Shown here: positions 61,022 to 63,990 of the stretch, piece by piece
Numbering within the stretch: position 1 is the stretch's first letter
How the letters are laid out: each line of letters starts with the position of its first letter
Assembly (NCBI GenBank): GCA_030264375.1
Contig: JASCQW010000109.1
Span: forward strand, 18,858,685-18,922,674
DNA length: 63,990 nt
From: Carcharhinus longimanus
Lineage: Eukaryota
Reading direction: 5' to 3'
Made by a program: the position numbers and the translations under genes
Notes under the pieces: generated by a model
What the model saw: the letters and a program-made list of their open reading frames with translations, nothing else
Database searches by the model: none
What the model was told of the DNA's origin: nothing

Positions 61022-63455
61022 CTAAAATAGAGAAAGAATTAAACAACGTCATTCCCAAAAGATTTCAAAATCAAGTATTTTGCAGTCTTTTTCTCTTTGT
61101 CTTCTTTTATTTTCACTTCCCAGAGAATGATTTTATTAAATATTGTGGTGCAATATCAGCAGCTTGGCTGAAAATTATGGACAATCAAGAATTTGATTAA
61201 TTTATCAAAGCTTTGAACTGTTATATAAAATTGACCTGAGGCACTAAATTATCAAGAGTCCAAAATACATTATAATAAAAGACTCAACAAAAATAGCTAC
61301 ATAAACATGCATAAGAAATAGGAGCAAGAGTAGGCCATCTGGCCCTTCGAGCCTGCCCCGCCATTCAATAAGATCATGGCTGATCNNNNNNNNNNNNNNN
61401 NNNNNNNNNNNNNNNNNNNNNNNNNNNNNNNNNNNNNNNNNNNNNNNNNNNNNNNNNNNNNNNNNNNNNNNNNNNNNNNNNNNNNTGCCCCCTAGTCCTA
61501 CTGTCTTTTTTGAGCGGGAAGAGTCTCTCCACCTCTATCCTATCCATCCCATTCATCATGCAAGAAGCACTACTATGAACCTGATAAAACTAGGAAGGCC
61601 ACACCCTTCACATTATCTCCTGGCAGATTCACAGGGCATTCTCAAACACTTCATTGTGGTAAGTTTGTCTTTTTGGTTCAAAATAAGGAGCAGCCACCTC
61701 CTCCACCCTCACTTCACAGGAAGGGTAGATTTCCTATAGGGTACCCACCACCCCCGCCAAACCCAACAAATTATAAAGTTCTCCCTTATTTTAATAATTG
61801 AGTTGTCCATGCTGCTGAGTCACAGAAAGACGACAGTATAGTGTGATTTTTAACGAAGGCCTTCAGCACTGACATCAGATTAAGTAACAGTATGTTCTAT
61901 TGCAAGTTCACATACTAACTTGAGACAATCTCTGTGGGACTTCTCTGAACTAAATGTGAGCTTTCATGCCAACTGAAGTTAACCAATCGCATTCTCAATT
62001 TCTGGATACGGATAAAGATTGGAGCAGATCCTTGGTCACTTGGCTTAATTTAAGTTTGCTCCAAAGGACATTTTTTTTCACTGATATAAATTTTAATAGC
62101 TTATTTAGCTAACAGCTAACATTAACCCCATCCACAGGATCATCAGCTGAATATCTCTTAAAACTTTTTAGCATTGCCTTGACATTCTCCCTGTCAGGAT
62201 ATCTTAAAGTGATTTCAATTGATCAAAGTATCCCAGCATATCAGTAACATTTCAGCTAGAAAGAAATGCAGAGGAATGGGAAAATGCATGAACAAAGGAA
62301 ACTCAAAGACAAGGAATGATTTATACCTAATTCAGGAGGCAGGCACTGCTTAAATAAAGGGGCAGTTGCTAAGATACCACATACGAAAAAACTGCAAGCC
62401 ACTTGGCTTACTCATTCCAACTTTAAAAAAACCTCTAGAACAGAGTTGAAGGTCAAAATATGAGAAGCTGGTAAACAATTAAACATAGCCTTAGCAATCT
62501 TGCACCTACACGTGTTGTGTACAGATGCCGTAAGTAGTAAAGTAGAACAGGACTCATTTTTCTTGAAGGACAGCACTGTTGTAACTGGAAGTCATCTATG
62601 AAAGTTAACAAGTCTGAGAAAGTAGGACTAGACTTTGTGGAAAGGTAAGCAGGTATTAATTACTTACCATTCAATATAAACTGTAGAATAGTTACAGAAA
62701 ATCAATATCGTTAATAGTCAATGTGTACTAAAACTTTGAATGTTTAAAAGCCACTCAGGCCCGAATCTGAGGAGAGATTATTGTTCTAGACTAACAACCC
62801 AAGTCCTGCATCCCAACAATCTTCCATTGTGAGTTTCTGAGGGAACAACTCAAAACATAGCCAAGAGGAGGATCATTAGACAGTTCTACACATCCTCAAA
62901 TCTGGATTAATGGTTTAAAACAAAATTAACCTAAAGTGCTTGCTAACAAATTCTGAAAATCTTGAGTATTTCCGCAAGTTTAGCTTCTTATGCTATGGGC
63001 CTGTTTCACCCGTCACAAGACTCTGATCAGATATATATTAGTATTATTGAGCTGTGCAGATACATGGATTTGGGCCTGTGTCTGTGGGAGTTTGTGCATT
63101 CTCCCTGTGGTTGCGTGGGTTTCCTCNNNNNNNNNNNNNNNNNNNNNNNNNNNNNNNNNNNNNNNNNNNNNNNNNNNNNNNNNNNNNNNNNNNNNNNNNN
63201 NNNNNNNNNNNNNNNNNNNNNNNNNNGTGTAGGGTGATGTGGCGGCGCGGGCTTGTTGGGCCGAAGGGCCTGTTTCCCGTGCTGGGTTGTTCTTTGTTCT
63301 TTAGCAAGCTACTGTCAACTAGCTGGCAGATACATCTACAATGTCCAGTATGGCATTTTTGCTACTTGCCACTTAAGCCTGAGGTTGGATTATAATTGGA
63401 GATTGGTTACCTCATCCAGTCAAGACTGAACAGGCACAGAGGTTGATGCAGTGAT

Positions 63456-63577
63456 TTGGACAATCAAAGACAGGGAACATATACATATATATGTGTTGTT
63501 GCTTACCTGCGAGCAATTTAGACAATCAAAGATGGGGAATATATACACATATGTGTTGCTGCTTATCTGCAAGCAAT
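63456..63577. repeat. Two-copy ~60-bp tandem duplication
   Basis: tt(g/a)gacaatcaaaga..ggg..atatac.tat.tgtgttg.tgctta.ctgc.agcaat occurs twice. Confidence 0.7.
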
Positions 63578-63990
63578 ATGTCAAGAAATAGCAACAATAT
63601 GATAATATTGTACTCTGCAAATTAAAACTCGCTCACCTGTGTTCAGGCAACGCAACCGTATCCTTGTGTTGAAGTTAATCCAGAGATCTTCCAGATGTCT
63701 TAGATGACTAATCTGGGTCCTGATTCTCAAACTGCACTGATGTGACAGTCTGCACCATGCCAGTGCCAACCTGCGCTGGGGGAAATACCATGGGTGGTCC
63801 CCCGAAAGAGCCTCATGGGTAGGAAGGGGAGGGGGTTGAATTATTTACATGTGGTGGTGGGTGGGAGGGGACATGGGAGCTGAGAATGCCAGTGATGGCT
63901 GTGTGGATGGGGGGAAAAGGGCCAGATTTTGAGAGGGGAAGTGGGGTGCCAGCACTGACTGTTGGAAGGGGTGGGGGGATGGAGGCATTT

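Noticed and set aside
63637-63990. Possible upstream MATR3 exon (donor at 63636, Pro-rich text)
   Set aside because: I could not find a frame resembling MATR3 with a convincing acceptor; the Pro-richness follows from a C-rich low-complexity strand.

Overview
Eukaryotic genomic DNA, almost certainly from a cartilaginous fish (shark). This is inferred from the CR1-type LINE, HE1-like tRNA-SINE and Penelope repeat content. The draft assembly has about 10 N-gaps. Left third: a head-to-head pair of paralogous, non-rearranging antigen-receptor-like IgSF genes. Gene B (+, 9636-20302) can be built completely from splice sites: 46-nt leader, one germline-joined VJ exon, three Ig-constant-type C1-set exons, a TM exon and a short tail with ITIM/Grb2-like tyrosines (about 528 aa). 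Gene A (-, 5505 to 1778 or beyond) has leader, VJ and at least one C1 exon; its 3' end is unresolved or off-window. Both V domains end in an unusual WCGCG(T/M)xLKV J-like strand, and I see no RSS. Right half: the 3' two-thirds of a Matrin-3-like gene (- strand, 11 exons read: RRM1, RRM2, acidic region, C-terminal matrin zinc finger, about 3.2-kb 3' UTR). Its introns hold a decayed Gypsy LTR retrotransposon and nested Penelope-like elements. All exon coordinates were read by eye from splice sites and frame; no database searches were run.
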